Assembly (NCBI GenBank): GCA_002633005.1
Contig: NMRA01000002.1
Span: 2,452,369-2,516,368, forward strand
Direction: 5' to 3'
DNA length: 64,000 nucleotides
From: Phoronis australis
Lineage: Eukaryota > Animalia > Phoronida
Both the position numbers and the translations under genes were made by a program. Shown here piece by piece: positions 1-13,336 of the stretch; the stretch's first letter is position 1; the number at the start of each line of letters is the position of its first letter. Under the pieces are notes generated by a model. The model made no database searches, was not told where the DNA came from, and was given only the letters and a program-made list of their open reading frames with translations.

Positions 1-148
1 ACAGGCAAAATTTCACGGGCAGTGTCAAATTGTGAGGTCCATATACAATTTACATGCATTGAGTTGTTCCCCAGCTTTACTTTGATGCTAGTCTATACAC
101 ATCTTGCTGGCTAGTTAGTTCAGAGTGCGACAGTCTGAAATAGCTTAC

Positions 149-319
149 CAATGAGTAATTGTCTCTTGGCTGAAGTTCAGCTGCTGAACGGTCTGGACCT
201 TTGGATTCTACTAAAACTCCCTCACCCAGGTACCAGTTGTGACAATGATTTTTCTTAGTGTCTACTGTATGATAATATAGGTAAATCCACTTGTACACAG
301 TGTTGTCAATCACAAGCTC
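149..319 (-). CDS. Putative internal exon of an unidentified gene continuing off the left edge (ELVIDNTVYKWIYLYYH...PRDNYSL)
   Basis: Open 171-nt segment bounded by acceptor ccaacatgccag and donor TTG|gtaagc, phase 0-0. No family recognised. Confidence 0.35.
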
Positions 320-412
320 CTGGCATGTTGGTGGATTGGTTAAACCAATCGACCAACGAACAATTGTTCATTTGTGAGTAATTTAGAGGTTTTTTTAAAT
401 TTTACATTACAC

Positions 413-511
413 CTGGAACCAGAATTTTGTAACACTCTTCTTCATTGTGTGGAGCAGAGTGAGGTCGTCGCTGCATTCACCTTTCCTCTCAAGGTCTGTG
501 CGTGTGTCCAT
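413..511 (-). CDS. Putative first coding exon of the same unidentified gene (MDTRTDLERK...KFWFQ)
   Basis: gccATGg start, 99 nt, ends CAG|gtgtaa (weak donor). Phase 0 matches the 149-319 exon. Confidence 0.25.
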
Positions 512-565
512 GGCTAGTAAATCTCACCTTATTTTGCACTCCTGTTGAAAAATCTACTGGTCTGT

Positions 566-576
566 CGCCATCTTGG
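566..576 (-). promoter_or_regulatory. YY1-type motif (CCAAGATGGCG), probable TSS-proximal element
   Basis: Plus strand cgccatcttgg. YY1 CAAGATGGC motifs typically sit at the 5' ends of housekeeping genes (established); function here is inferred. Confidence 0.35.
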
Positions 577-1540
577 AACCGATCTAGAGAGGCCTTCATT
601 TGATTCTATGCCACACCCATGACCAGAAACTCGCAAAATGCCACAGTACACTAGTAGTGAGCACTGTGCAATTTAAATACTGATGATTAATATGAAGTTA
701 AGTAGGTATTTGCATACTTGTAACTGTGCTAATGTATGACAGGAACTAAACGGCAATGCTGTTTTGATAGACTATGCTAAACAAAGTGTAGTTAATTGAC
801 TACTTGTAAGTGTGAAAGCAAAAATTCTGCAAACAGGTGACCATTGCACTAATGGCCTACCTCGCGGGCTCACAGAACCCACATCATGCAGTGTTATTCC
901 CCAGCACCAAATCACGATACTTAATGCATACAGTTCAGTGATGTGCGGCGGATTAATTCTGCCATGAAACTCATTCTTAAAAAACTTTTGTCAATTTTCT
1001 ACCTATTTCATGTTCACATTATCACTTGTGTTGTGTTTCTAACTACTTTGGTCAAGCAATCACAAAGATGAGGAATTAGCTTGCAAGTTCCACTTTAAGC
1101 TTCATATAGACTATCCCAGGCAGATATTGCTACATCTGTGTACAGTGCTGTGTTAAGATTAGGTGACTTTATTTGTGTATTGACACTTTCAAAATTTAAT
1201 AATGAACCACCATGGTTGCTTTTAATGTGCTCAATCACAAACATATAGTAAGAACAGCCAACTATTGGGTAATAGTTGGATGTGACCATCTCTGGCTTCA
1301 TGTTGAGAGCCAGTTATTTCCACTGGATAATTTACTTGGTTATTCTGGACGTAATTAGTTTAGATTATTTCGGAAAATCTTATAAAGAAAATATTATTTT
1401 TCACCTCTCAACATCTTCTGCAAAACACTACGTCAAACAGTCACAAGAGTTGTCCTTCTGCCATGAGGTGTGTGTGTACTGCCTGGGTTGAAAACTTCTA
1501 TCAGAAGTGTTTGGGATTACATAATGCTGATGTATTTCAG

Positions 1541-1741
1541 GTTCCACGTGCCTATGCAGGGTATTCTCTCTTAAGGCCATGCCCTACTTTTGTGGATCAA
1601 GTTCGGGGTCACCGCTACAACTACGTTGATAAACACATGATCAAAGACGTGAAACGACGCAACACAGTAAAGGAATACTTCCCAATGCGACAAAGACTTA
1701 ATGCCATTCGTAAAAATGTTATTTTACCTAAAGAAATACAG
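1541..1741 (+). CDS. MRPS14: Mitochondrial ribosomal protein S14, internal coding exon
   Basis: tatttcag|GTT ... ATACAG|gtttgt, phase 0-0. Encodes YVDKHMIKDVKRR...RLNAIRKNVILPKEIQ, matching the MRPS14 YVDWRMWRDVKRR...RKNTILP region. Confidence 0.92.
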
Positions 1742-2624
1742 GTTTGTACAAATATTACAAAGATATTGTGTGTTCAAGGGGAATCATTTTTCACTGACTT
1801 GGTCCCTGCAGTTTAAATGTGCACCATTGGAATGACTGTGTATAAAAGCTAACCTTAGATTATTATTTTACCTTTGACTTGTCTTGGATGTTCAGAACTT
1901 GTTTGTAAGGGAGTGGTCAAATATTTTGTCATCGTTGGAGAGATGAGTCTTTGCAAAAGATGATGATTTATGATGGGGAGCTGGTTAGTGTCATGGTGAC
2001 ATCATCATGTGGTTTATTAGAATATTTTCATCACAGTAAATGTATCATTAGGAAACTAGTTCAACTTACATAAAGAGGAATTGGCTAATTCGAAAACTGG
2101 GACCCACAGTATGACAGTGCAATGATTTGATCGTATTTCACTAGACTTAACTTATAGACACACAAATGACATACTCACTCCATCACTGACCAAATGGGGG
2201 TTGGCTGTGATGATGTAATTAGACACCGGACAGGGTGGGGTCATATCATGATGATGGGTCATGGGGGAGTAAAAGTGGCAAATTTGGATGACGTAATATG
2301 TGAACACTCCCCAAGAGTGTGCAAAAATTCCTGCTGATGGCGACCCTGGAGTCAGATCACATGACTTACCACCACCATCTTTGTATTTGTATTTATAAAG
2401 CTGCATTGCCCTCTTTCCAGCTGTCTAGAAGTACACCTTTTATTGTCTTAGAATCAGTCTCATAATACTCCTTAGAGGGATATGTTTGTATCTGTTACCA
2501 GCAACAACACAGAAATCATCGGTGATGTATTTGGAGTTAGTAACAGAACTAGAATACTATGGTGCTGAGGATGATTATGAGACACTGGATGAAATGCAGC
2601 TCTAATTGTCTTTCTTGTCTTCAG

Positions 2625-2807
2625 GAAATGGCTGACAAAGAGGTCTCAGATCTACCAAGAGACAGCAATTACATCAGAACGCGAAACCGGTGTGTTTTAA
2701 CCTCTCGACCTCGTGGAAATCTTCGACGGTGGCGCATCTGCAGAATGCAGTGGAGACTATTAGCGGACTATAACAAACTGTCGGGTGTAACACGGTCTTG
2801 TTTCTAG
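2625..2807 (+). CDS. MRPS14: Mitochondrial ribosomal protein S14, last coding exon
   Basis: cttcag|GAAATG. Encodes LPRDS..RTRNRCVLTSRPRG..RRWRICR...LADYNKLSGV, the S14 signature; stop TAG 2805-2807. Confidence 0.95.
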   Translation, partial: EMADKEVSDLPRDSNYIRTRNRCVLTSRPRGNLRRWRICRMQWRLLADYNKLSGVTRSCF

Positions 2808-3269
2808 TCTAGACCCGTTTATCAACAGGCATTTTCTAAAATAGGGCTCTTGTCTGGGCTACTAATTTCAGATCCCCTTTAACATTCTCATAGTGAACTT
2901 GCACATGTAAATTCTTTGAATGGACTTCTTAAGGAGGCAGAGAACGCGAAATATCTTTAAAACAATTGCTGACGAACGTATCATCTCGCAAAGTCTACTA
3001 CAGAGTTATTCACTTTCCTTTGAGGGAGAATTTCCAGAAAAAAATCAGAGCAAAAGTCTGGATTTCTGAAATACTGGGTAAGGAAATACACAGTAGTCAC
3101 CACAGGGTTTCTTATCTCGCTCCCACATGCGCGCATGAGCTCCGAGTCACTGTCTTTCGACTAACAACTGACTGCCAAGAGGCCGGGATATGAAAGACAG
3201 ATTATCATTGTGTATTTTAGATTGTATTTGAATAATACCACATCTTATAACTAATTTTAAACAGTAAGT

Positions 3270-3426
3270 CATTGGAGGATTTAGCGGGGACAAGGGAGCC
3301 ATGCCCCAACCCCCCTAAAATTCTTCCAGATTCCATTTGGCAGTTCGGGGCTGCGAATGTCTGACGGGCAAAATCCTGGTTAATACTCTGCCCCTACCCC
3401 AACTCAAAATACTGGATCCGCCCCTG
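3270..3426 (+). mobile_element. MITE family 1 copy (~160 bp, CAGTGGCGGAT...ATCCGCCCCTG termini)
   Basis: Aligns by eye with copies at 6712, 9333, 19366 and 56015 (ccccctaaaattc, ttggcagttcg, aaaatcctgg, ctcaaaat..tggatccgccc). Confidence 0.75.
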
Positions 3427-5329
3427 GTTAGAACTTGCATCAATCGCCTCCTTATCGGAGTGGCTGCTTCTTTTTAATCGCCATTGATTGAAAAAATGCT
3501 TTGGCATCACCCGAAAATCAGAATTTTTACGAACAAACTCTAAAAATACCTGGTGAACAGTTTGAATTTTGTCAGTGGCAGAGAGCCACTCGCTCGGATA
3601 CAAAGATTTCTAGCGCATTCTGGGCTTAACTCTTATTTCTGATGTACATTGTGTTTTTCGTAATAAACATTAAAAAAGACCCGCGTTAAACAAGGCGTTC
3701 CGGGTCTTTTTAATTATTCCGTAGTAAGACGCATCTTCCATCAGGGAAGTGAATGGTATGCGCGCACTGACTGACGCGATTACACATGAAAAGGCACGTC
3801 GTTTTCTGTCGAATGGAGTCGGTCTGAATTATTTTAACGTCATAAGGAAGAGTTGGTACACTGGCAAACCATGGCTCTCGTCTTGCCGTGTAGAACTGCA
3901 CCCCATCGACTCCACCGTTTGTTACGTTAAGCTCCGCTTCGAATCGTACATAATATGGCGCCGCTGTAACCAGAGAAATGTGAAAGTGAGATTGCATGTG
4001 CAGAAGCAGGGACCTTTTGTCTTCTGACTTTAGACAAAAGCCAGATCGTTGAGTACGAATAGTCAAATGTTTATTTTTTATCTTTTGCCAGAGCTTTTGG
4101 TCTGCTCATGAGTACAGTAGGCTAGGGATTTTTGCCTTTTGGCTTCGAGCTGTAGACAGATTTTCCCCTGAGAAACAGCCGGCCAGTGATGCGTTTCCAA
4201 GACGCAAGACTTTCACGAGAAAAGTTTCTCTGATCAGTTGTTTTTCTCGATATTTCGCAATTATTTTTATATTGTGTTTTTACGAGTTTCTTGCAACTTT
4301 GGGACACAGCCCAGACTCACAAATAGTATGAATGTTAGGGAATGATACTCAGAATCTTCGTTGGGAGATATGTTGTTATTCCTGGTGTTTCTGTGCACAC
4401 TGGTAATTATATCAATTTCGTAAAATTTAGAAAAAAATCGATACCGTAACTCAAATACAGACCGGTCATGCATAGACAATGCACTTAAATTGTCGCGCCT
4501 TCGGCCGCTCGATGACATCTCCAAAAGTTCCAGTAACATCTTTTAAGAATCACCTAAACTTTGACAGACACCTGAACATACAGTATTTCACCGCCATATC
4601 CAAAATAGCCCCTCCCCCCATGGCACTACGTATACAATGAATGATCCCAGGTTTTCCTCCACGAGTTTATGCATTTACTCCTCGCACGTAATCTCCCTAA
4701 GCAACTTCAGTGATTGTCTTAGAACTTCCTGTGTCGACTTGAAACGGCACCCCTCCAAAATAAATTTCAGTTAAGGGAATGAGACAAGTCACAGAGGACT
4801 AAGTCTTATGAATAAGCCGCTGTGGTATAACCATAGTGTCCAGCTAGAGAATTCAACAACTCGTAGACAACCTGCGATATCGGTCATGCGAGCGGCGGAG
4901 GCGCATAGCCGTGATAAAGGGCATTACTTATCCACTGTGCTTGGTCTTTTGCGGAGAATGCTATCCCATTATAGCTCTTGGCAGTGAAACTTTACAGTAA
5001 AACTTCCCATTAACTGTCTCTGAGGAACTAATTTTTTGGGAACAAACAATCAATCCGGGTCGGATGTGACTCGTTTTTAAGAGTTCGGCAAATCTAACTG
5101 GTTTTTAAGATCCCGGCAAATAGCAGCCCTGTGGCGGGTCTTGTTTTGTGTTTGTTCCTGCCGGAAAATTGTGGAACAAATTTGGTAGAGATGTGCTTCG
5201 TGTTCAGTTCGCGCTTAGCACTGCTAAAAGACATTATTAGAACGTTGCAAACGTTGTAAACGGTCCTATAGAGACTAAAACTGCACTACGGTGTCTACTT
5301 GTAAATGTTAATTGTAACTGCAAATAAGT

Positions 5330-5469
5330 TCAATTTGTTGGAAAACAGACAGTGGAGAATAGGGCTTCCCGTGCTGAGGTAGACATGCGCAATATAAGGT
5401 CATGTTTGACAACCTGATACTCGTGAAGTACATCAATGTAGGAGGAGACTGTGTGGAATGCCGGTATGT
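5330..5469 (-). CDS. Possible terminal exon of the WSC-domain gene
   Basis: ctgttgttag|ACATA phase-1 acceptor after a 63-nt in-frame intron; open to TGA at 5330. No domain recognised. Confidence 0.35.
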
Positions 5470-5532
5470 CTAACAACAGGCTTCGATTGCTGTAATACGT
5501 GTAACTATTACACTTTATAATGCAGTTGTTAC

Positions 5533-5802
5533 CTTTTGTGACCATAACCCAGTTCCTATGCGTTGCTCCACACATTTGAGAACGGTCTCCCGGACATGGT
5601 CTGTTACAGTCAGTGTCGGGTGCTCGTCCGTATCGGCCGTAGCTGTTGCCGCATCTACATTCGAAGCCCCACTGCACCGCTGCATACCATGATCCGCGCT
5701 CCTCACAAGTCTGCAGACACGCAGCATGAGTATTTTTGCCGCTGTTACTTACAAAGGGAATATCTCTATTGGCGCCATTGTCAACAAAGCAGGCTGGCAA
5801 GC
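5533..5802 (-). CDS. WSC (carbohydrate-binding) domain exon of a secreted protein
   Basis: tttattacag|GC ... AAAG|gtaac, 270 nt, phase 1-1. CFVD...CLQTC...YAAVQWGFECRCG...CNRPCPGD..QMCG is the canonical WSC cysteine pattern. Confidence 0.88.
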
Positions 5803-5884
5803 CTGTAATAAACATGGTTTCTCATCAACCATCTTTCCCAAATTTTACCTTCAGTTTGGAAATGATGTGAAAGAAAGATTCCTG

Positions 5885-6030
5885 AATTTTAACTTCAGGT
5901 TACGTAAGACCCTAGAAAATTGTCCAAATTTGGCTGATTGCGGAACATCGTATTTCAGAAACCGCTGATTAGATTCGTATGAAACCTACAGATGCCATGC
6001 CGCTTATGCACTGTTGTTCAGGACGCGATT
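5885..6030 (+). repeat. Dispersed repeat (transposon-derived), shared with 45955-46090 and 38828-38895
   Basis: aggttacgtaagaccctagaaaattgtccaaatttggc...ggaacatcgtatttcagaaa matches the reverse complement of 45955-46090. Confidence 0.55.
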
Positions 6031-6711
6031 ACTTATTTTCACAATGTTCCCCCTTTGCATGAGGGGGTATCAAAAATAGGAGTCGTCTCGTTTTCATAAA
6101 AAAGCAAAAGCTGCTTAAAACAAAAAAAAAACGAAACAGTATTTTAGAAACACTGAAACACGTTTTTGACGTTCCACCTTGAACATTTATCGAATAAAAT
6201 TGGATCATCTTATCGATACCGTTGGTGTGCTATCCACCTGTGTCTTTACTAAATTTTACTAAAAATACATGGCCACGTGACCCAATTAACAACAGATCAA
6301 ATTCTACAGGTTTCCTAGTTTCAGAAATTACCTGTACCGAGTTAAAATCTTTAGTTTTGTACTGAGATATTATGCTAAATACGCAGACCTGTAATTAAGG
6401 TTCTACACAAGCTTAACGAAAACATCACTGGCATCTTAACACGAAGAAGTCACGATTAAATTTTTCACTTATTATCATTTTCTCCACTAAACAACAGCTA
6501 CATTTTGGTATATAACATGCCTTTCTCGGGTCAGGAAGATGCATGTTGTCAAGTTTGGCTGGTCTACATAATTATCTGTAGCCTAATTTTAACATTTCCA
6601 TTTTATTGAAGTAGCAATATGTAGCTCAGTACAAGGAATTTTGAACCAGCTTATGAGTCTTATGTTTGATATTGAGCCTTCTTGGGAACATGTGTATACG
6701 CAAGTCTCTCT

Positions 6712-6871
6712 CATGGGCGGATCCAGGATTTTGAGTTGGGGGGGAGCCAGGGCAGAATATTAGCCAGGATTTTGCCTGTCAGACATTGACACTCCCGAAC
6801 TACCCAATGGAATCTTGGAGAATTTTAGGGGGGGGCATGGCCCCCTTGGCCCCCCTCTAAATCCGGCACTG
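6712..6871 (-). mobile_element. MITE family 1 copy
   Basis: catgggcggatccaggattttgagttgggggg ... ctaaatccggcactg; inverted termini. Confidence 0.8.
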
Positions 6872-9332
6872 TATCATCCGTTTGCAAAACTTATTGAATC
6901 TCGACAACCACCATGGAGGATATTTTGTGTTTTGAAAAATCATTCAACTGGAATGCCAACTTCGATCTCGCGCTGCTGAGGTTACACCGCGCGTGAAAGG
7001 CATTTGTATGCATTCGTTTGTTCCGGTGTTGGTTATTCCTATGGAATTTACTGTCACTAAAACTTTTCGCAACTCCCACGTTTTTCTACTGAATTGCATA
7101 ACAGTCATATCATTAAAAAACTCTTCATCAATGCTTGATGGTGTATGATTATAGCAGAAGCAAACGATCAATAACATAATTCATAAATAATCATCATTTC
7201 GCAAACCGGTCATTTTAATGTTTTTCTTTTTATTCTAAAAACCAAGAGTGTTACCAAAATGCAATAATATCAAAGTGTTGTAATAGTAACACAAAAAGCG
7301 AAATGGGCTAGAAAGTTTACACAAATGACTAATTAAACCAGCATGGAAACAATTTCAATGATTCAGGAAAGAATTCTTCCCTGTCAAGACAAAGATTTTA
7401 GTATGTGGATCCCTCACAGCTGCTGTGAAGAATATAGTCAAGCATTCATCCAAAAGTATACACTTTTATTATTGGACCTTGGAGCCGTCTGATACAGTTT
7501 TTCAGTAAAAATACTCCTCCTACTTATCCGAAATTTGCAGGTAAAAGCTTTTTGATTCTTAAAAGGCTTAGCAACCGTCTATTTTGTGAATGTACTGTGG
7601 ATAGATCATTTCAGAGGATGCAGACAGTGAACGACTTTCCATGACCTTACTTCTCCAGAAAAAAATAAGTGACCCTGATACATATAAAGACATTGGAACA
7701 CATTTTGCGATTGCTATGTTGCTAAGGAAAGTGGACTCAGGAAAATAACAAAATTCATGACAAGAAGACAGATGAACGCCTGTTCCATAGTTGTCAACAT
7801 TCGAGAATCGAAAAAAGTTGCACAGCTGGATTGAAAAGGGAGACTTCCGAATAAAAAGTGGAGCATCTGTGTCTATGCAGTTGGCCAGTGCAATGCACAC
7901 TGTCAGCAAAACAAAGTACTGGACTGGACTCAAAATCCGCCGTTTTTTCACGTTGTTGTAAAGCTAACCAATGACTGCCGAGGTTACATCCACCAATGCT
8001 AAAGCGCGTGCTACTGCGTAATACTTGCGTGCTGGCTAGGCACGTAGGCCCAGCGAGCAGTGGCATACAGATGGTGTCATCATCCTGAGTCGAGTTACCA
8101 GTTGTGTAGTAAAGAAACTGGACACTAGTATTCTAATTTGACCAACGCCAAGTTGTACAGCCTAATTACAATTCTGATTGTTATCTATTTCAATACAAAA
8201 TATCAACATCGGTCAAAATATGATTTCACAGAAAGTTTTTAATAAATTATGAATCCTCAGATCTTCACATTTTTCCAAAACCCGGTTACAGCACTTTTTA
8301 GCCTGGTTTTCTTATTTGACAAAAACTGTTTTGATTAATTGGTGCGAAAAAGTTTAGCGCTTGATGTAGTAAATAGTACATGTATTCTGTGGTTGACTGG
8401 CATAGCCCGGCACAAATATATAAAAAGTTACTCGAAAACGTTTCGAAGTGTTTCATGACAAAAAACACCGGGCCAGGGCCATAACCCGTCGCTTCACAAC
8501 TGTTAAATGGTGACTGATAGTCATTAAATTAACACGATACAATTATCTACACGAAGTTGATAGGCCTGTTATATACCATTCTTTTTTCGGACATTATGTT
8601 TCTACTAAAACAATGAGTCAACATACTACAATACAAAACGGTTCGCCTGTTAGCCGGCTCCGTGACCGTTCAGCGGGCTAATTCCGACTGGTTCATGATC
8701 TCGATTCGTGAATTCTCATGACCTCCACTAGGGGCGTCAGCACGCGTGTTCCGTCACTGGTACAAAACGGTCTTGGTCAACAATCACCATTCTGCATTTC
8801 AGGGCTAGAGTTCTACGGAAAATCAAGCCTGTTGCAAACAGTCCCTCGGTCTAATGCAAGAATCTCAATCAGGGTCTGTTAAAATGCCAGGATGCTTCCA
8901 AATAGACACTGCAAGAAATTCCTTAGCGGGCACCGAACTACTAGCACGTGAAATGAAAGACACTTCATTCTGTTTTCTGTTACAATATTGTGCAGTGACG
9001 TACAATAAAATTCAAGACCCGACCAGCAGCTATCTATAATTCCATCTCTACAAATGCGATTACTGATTCAATGCAATAAGTGAATCCTTGATGCGCAGTA
9101 CGCTGAGGTGCTCGGCAGGACATCCGCTGCACAAAAATAGGCTGCCGTTCGTTGCAGGAAATCTTTTAAATAAGTGAACATATCCACAAGCACTTGCGGT
9201 TCGAACACAAAATTCTAGACACTCTCACTCTGCACATATTGGCGCTCGGGCCACTGTACATTACGGGTGTGACAACGGTCTATGTGCAGTGAACACCAAC
9301 ACAAATTGTTACCCTTCATTTGCCATCAGTTG

Positions 9333-9492
9333 CAGTGGCGGATTTGGGGAGAGGGTCAAGGAAGCCATGCCTCCCCCTAAAATTCTCACAGATTCTTTTT
9401 GGCAGTTCGGTGGTGCGACTATCTGACGGCCAAAATCCTGACCAATATTCTGCCCTGGCCCCCCCTAACTCAAAATCCTGTATCCGCCCCTG
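9333..9492 (+). mobile_element. MITE family 1 copy with 5-bp TSD AGTTG
   Basis: agttg|cagtggcggattt ... tatccgcccctg|agttg. Confidence 0.85.
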
Positions 9493-10145
9493 AGTTGTGT
9501 TTCAAAGTAGTCTGTTTACCATTGTCTTTATTGCATGAGCAGAGGGAGCCCCAGGAACTTCAAAGGTTGTCTCAAATTGAAAGAGGAAAGATCCGGGAAA
9601 TAGATGGTCGGGTAAATGATGTTAACCACGCCTGTATGGACGACTTCCTTTTACAAACAGGAACATTCAGTATGCTAAAAGTGTTATACTTTAGCTAGAA
9701 AAGTGGTTAATCGAAACGCGAATCGCAGAAAAAAAACTTCCCAAAGTGCACCCAACCCAGAAATCGAAGACTACAGACTTTTGTTGTTTAACTCTCCGCG
9801 AAGCGTTTCCTAGACAAATCTCGTGGAAATACACTGTAGTGTACGGACTCCAACTAAGTTATATAATACCGCAAGAAAACTCTTAGACTGTATCAATACA
9901 TGGCATAAAAGTACATTTTGTTTTTTTTCTGAGAAAAACACATTTTGGGATTGTTTTTGACTGGGTTAGACGGCGAAGTTATAACTTTGAATAGTGAGAG
10001 TTAAAAACAACACAATCTGTTGCTTTTTGTATTGTCATTGCAAATAAACAATTCCCTTGAGGTTGCTTGCAAGACATTCGCTGAAATAGAGACTGGCATC
10101 TTCAGCATTTAAAATACATGTACACTGTTCATGGTGGTGTCTTAC

Positions 10146-10215
10146 CTGCAACCACTGACAGCTTCGACAGAACGCCACACATCAGCATAAAGGTACGACA
10201 GTCTTGCCACAGCAT
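10146..10215 (-). CDS. Signal-peptide exon of the WSC-domain gene (MLWQDCRTFMLMCGVLSKLSVVAG)
   Basis: ATG at 10215, 70 nt, strong donor GCAG|gtaag, phase 1 joins the WSC exon in frame. Hydrophobic stretch ending VVA-G. Linkage is inferred. Confidence 0.65.
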
Positions 10216-13200
10216 TGTCGTATAACAAGTGTAGTTATTAGATTTCAGCTGATAAAAATTTCAAAATCAATCATTCATGCTCATTTAAATGGCCTTTGCG
10301 CGTACAATGAACCCAAAAACGTTGAGTAAGCGTTACCAAAGTTTTGACGTCCTACCACCAGATAACCGATGATGAGTTTTTAAAATATTCATATGTTTTG
10401 TCTCAACTCATAGCTATTAATCCGAGAAGTCCGATGGGAAATTTTTGCGAATTAGCCATATAAATATATAATCACTAACTAAAAGATTAACTGCATCTAG
10501 ACCTTCAATCATAAACCGCAACAGGCCAAAGTTTCACAAGCAACTATTAAACTTTCTGAAAGTCCTGAGGATGACAAATGTAAGGGCAGTTTGTTTGCCA
10601 TGAAATCCCAACCTAAATTTTCTATGAATGTAAATTGTTCAGAAAGAAACATTTAGAAAACAAGAGTCAGAAAATGGACGATTTAGGTAATGTGGCGACT
10701 ATCACAGAAAGATGACGCATTAGTTTTGAATGTGAATTCCATTCCGAATTACAACCTAAAATGGAAATCACATTGACTTGAAGCACATCAGCCTTTGGCG
10801 GTTTGTTCACGTCGCCGTATTTTTGAAACTCGACGTACTTATAGAATTCATGGATGACGTGTCAGACGGAGATGAAAAGCTCTTTCGTGACGTAGATGCA
10901 TTTGAAACAATATGTTTTATCTTTCTGCAACCTGTTCCAGATTGTGTGTGTGTTAATAAACAGTCCATGTCCAATTTGTGAATCAATAGAACACACCAGT
11001 ACAGAAATTTAGTAATCATCTCAGACCAATACTTTTGCTCAACTACACTGTAATCTTCCGTTAATACGAATATGATTCACTGAAAGGCGACACCCAGTCC
11101 ACGGACATGACGTAGGAGGTCAAAATCTTCTGGTTCAAACGTACGTGGTGTAAAAGATGAAGTGCATGGGGGATTAGAACAACCCTCTGTGAACAGACAC
11201 GCGGGCACTGCGGTACATGCTGTTGTCAGTCTGTAATCACGTGATTCAAGATCTCCCACGATCGCTGCCATGTGATCAGTCACATGACATACCTGTTTCC
11301 GGCTAATGAGGTGGCACTGAACAGTTAGGCTGTGCGGGTTGCGGCCAATTTTCATTCCCAAACTATTAAAATCTAGGGGTAGGCCAGGCTTGGGGACGGT
11401 TATTTTTTAGTTGAATGTAAGCCAAGTGAATGTGGTTTGTTTATATTTGTGAACATGTTGAGAATGAAAAAAGACCATTTGCTCGGCTGTAGCTGCACTC
11501 TTAGTATGAAGATGGTGCCGGGCCCCCTGTTGCAATTATGCATTGCTGGGTAGCAACTGATAAATTGGCCGCGATTTCAGGTAGCCCTCAAACAAGCCAG
11601 ATTTTCCAAAAAAAGTAGTTGGTTGACAGTACATTTGGACCACATTTGCTTTCGGAATCTAATGTTGGCTTTAGTCGAGCATCGGCAGGGAATTCAGTGG
11701 TGGTTTTGATTGACCGAGTGACTACATGTAAGTGCCAATTTTGCGTGTTTTTTTGCCCTTATTTTTCATAGTTTAGCCTGGTTTTCAGTGGGAGTGAAAG
11801 GGTCAAAAATACAAGAGAGACTTATGTTTCTGTGCTTATCTGTAAGGCTTGTGATGTGAAACTTGACTCAATTTTTTTCTTCAAGTTTCTTTGCATGCAG
11901 TTTTTAATAGAGTGAAGAAAGGGTGAAGAGTCCATTGACGTGTGTTCTGATAGGCAAACATCTGTGAGAACTGTTCTGTGCCTCCTTACTAATCTGCTGA
12001 AGCCCATGGAGATGGGCGTAATATCGCTTCAATCCAGTAAGTCCAGAAGTTGTTTTATTTTCATGCCTCTTTTTGTAACTTCAGCATCAATTACATAATG
12101 TACTTCGTTTAACTTACAGTAATAGTTATTCATTCTTCAAATTTTGGACAAGCTAATTTGGATTCCGACAAGATGAATTGAAGTACAATTGTAAAAGACA
12201 ACCAGTTAAAACTGTTAATGTCGAGCCCTGCCTATATTAAAACAAAAACACCATTCAGTCACTATATCATTCTCCAAAAATATTTTTTTCCTGCGGAGAC
12301 TAGTACAGCCCCGAAGCATACATGTATAGAGAGATATGTACTATTTTAATACAGTTATATTATTACTATACAATGTAATATTTCACAATGCCTATCAACT
12401 TTAAAAATCAAAGCATGAAAATTAAGTGCTCGGTATAACTTGGAGTGTCATGATTCTGCCGAGTTAATCGTGTTTATTTTTTCTCTAGTATTAGCAGGTG
12501 GACGCACATCACGATGCCAGCAAAACCCCCTTGAGAGGCCTACCACATAATCGGTGTCGATAACGGAGGTGGTCACGATCTGTGCAGGAATCTTAGCGCG
12601 TGAATTTGGTGAACAATCCGGCCACACTGAGGCACCAATAGCTTGCAAACAGCAATGTTGATAATATCAAGCTGGTCGGTGATCGTGATTGCTGGTAAAC
12701 AACACCAGAATCACTTAGCCATAGAAGACATTCCCAGGTTCGATACTAGAATAAACAATAAGTTAGACAAACAACGGTGGCAAAATTATTTAATTCAATA
12801 TATACTGAAAACTGCGAGCTCTTGTGGTTTCAGAGGTCATTCATTAGTTACGCAGCTCTCGTTAACACGTCGACCTAAACTTAGCGAAAAAAACGACAAA
12901 CAACCATAGTCCGTAGAAAGTACACGAGAAGATGGTAACCGGAACGGCCCACGATCGCAGTGATTCTTGTGCACATTAAATGTGAAAGTTCCGCATCTGA
13001 TTCCACTCTTAAGGATATTGTCAAATCGGCAAATATTAGCCGGTCCCAAGAGACTACAGAAGCTTTGACTCATCACAGAAAATTCCATTGTAGCGTGGCC
13101 CCACACCCACTCAGAGAGAACTCTGCACGTAGTCGCTAGGAAAGCCATAGCAAGTTGTCGCTATTTGTCTTCAGCCTCCCGTTCAGTAACGTCAGGACCT

Positions 13201-13336
13201 CGCTAAAAAGCAAGACTTCGCGAGATTACGTGAGATATTGCCGTGCATTTTAAATGAGAGCACGTGACATTGACTACGTTTTAGCTAGGTCCTAGCATAG
13301 GTCCTAGGTCTACTGAACGCACGCCTGTTTTACTCC

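Noticed and set aside
3669-3714. Hairpin aaaaagacccg...cgggtcttttt resembling a rho-independent terminator
   Set aside because: The context is eukaryotic and there is no upstream operon; more likely a repeat-derived palindrome.
7568-7951. 127-aa ORF with a signal-peptide-like start as first exon of the WSC gene
   Set aside because: It starts at GTG and has no suitable donor after the hydrophobic stretch; the 10146-10215 exon fits better.
11077-13148. Possible three-exon minus-strand gene with lipocalin-like VLSTDY/VIDTDY words
   Set aside because: Splice sites are weak, there is no lipocalin GxW motif or signal peptide, and it lies directly in the expected 3'UTR of SLC16 copy A.
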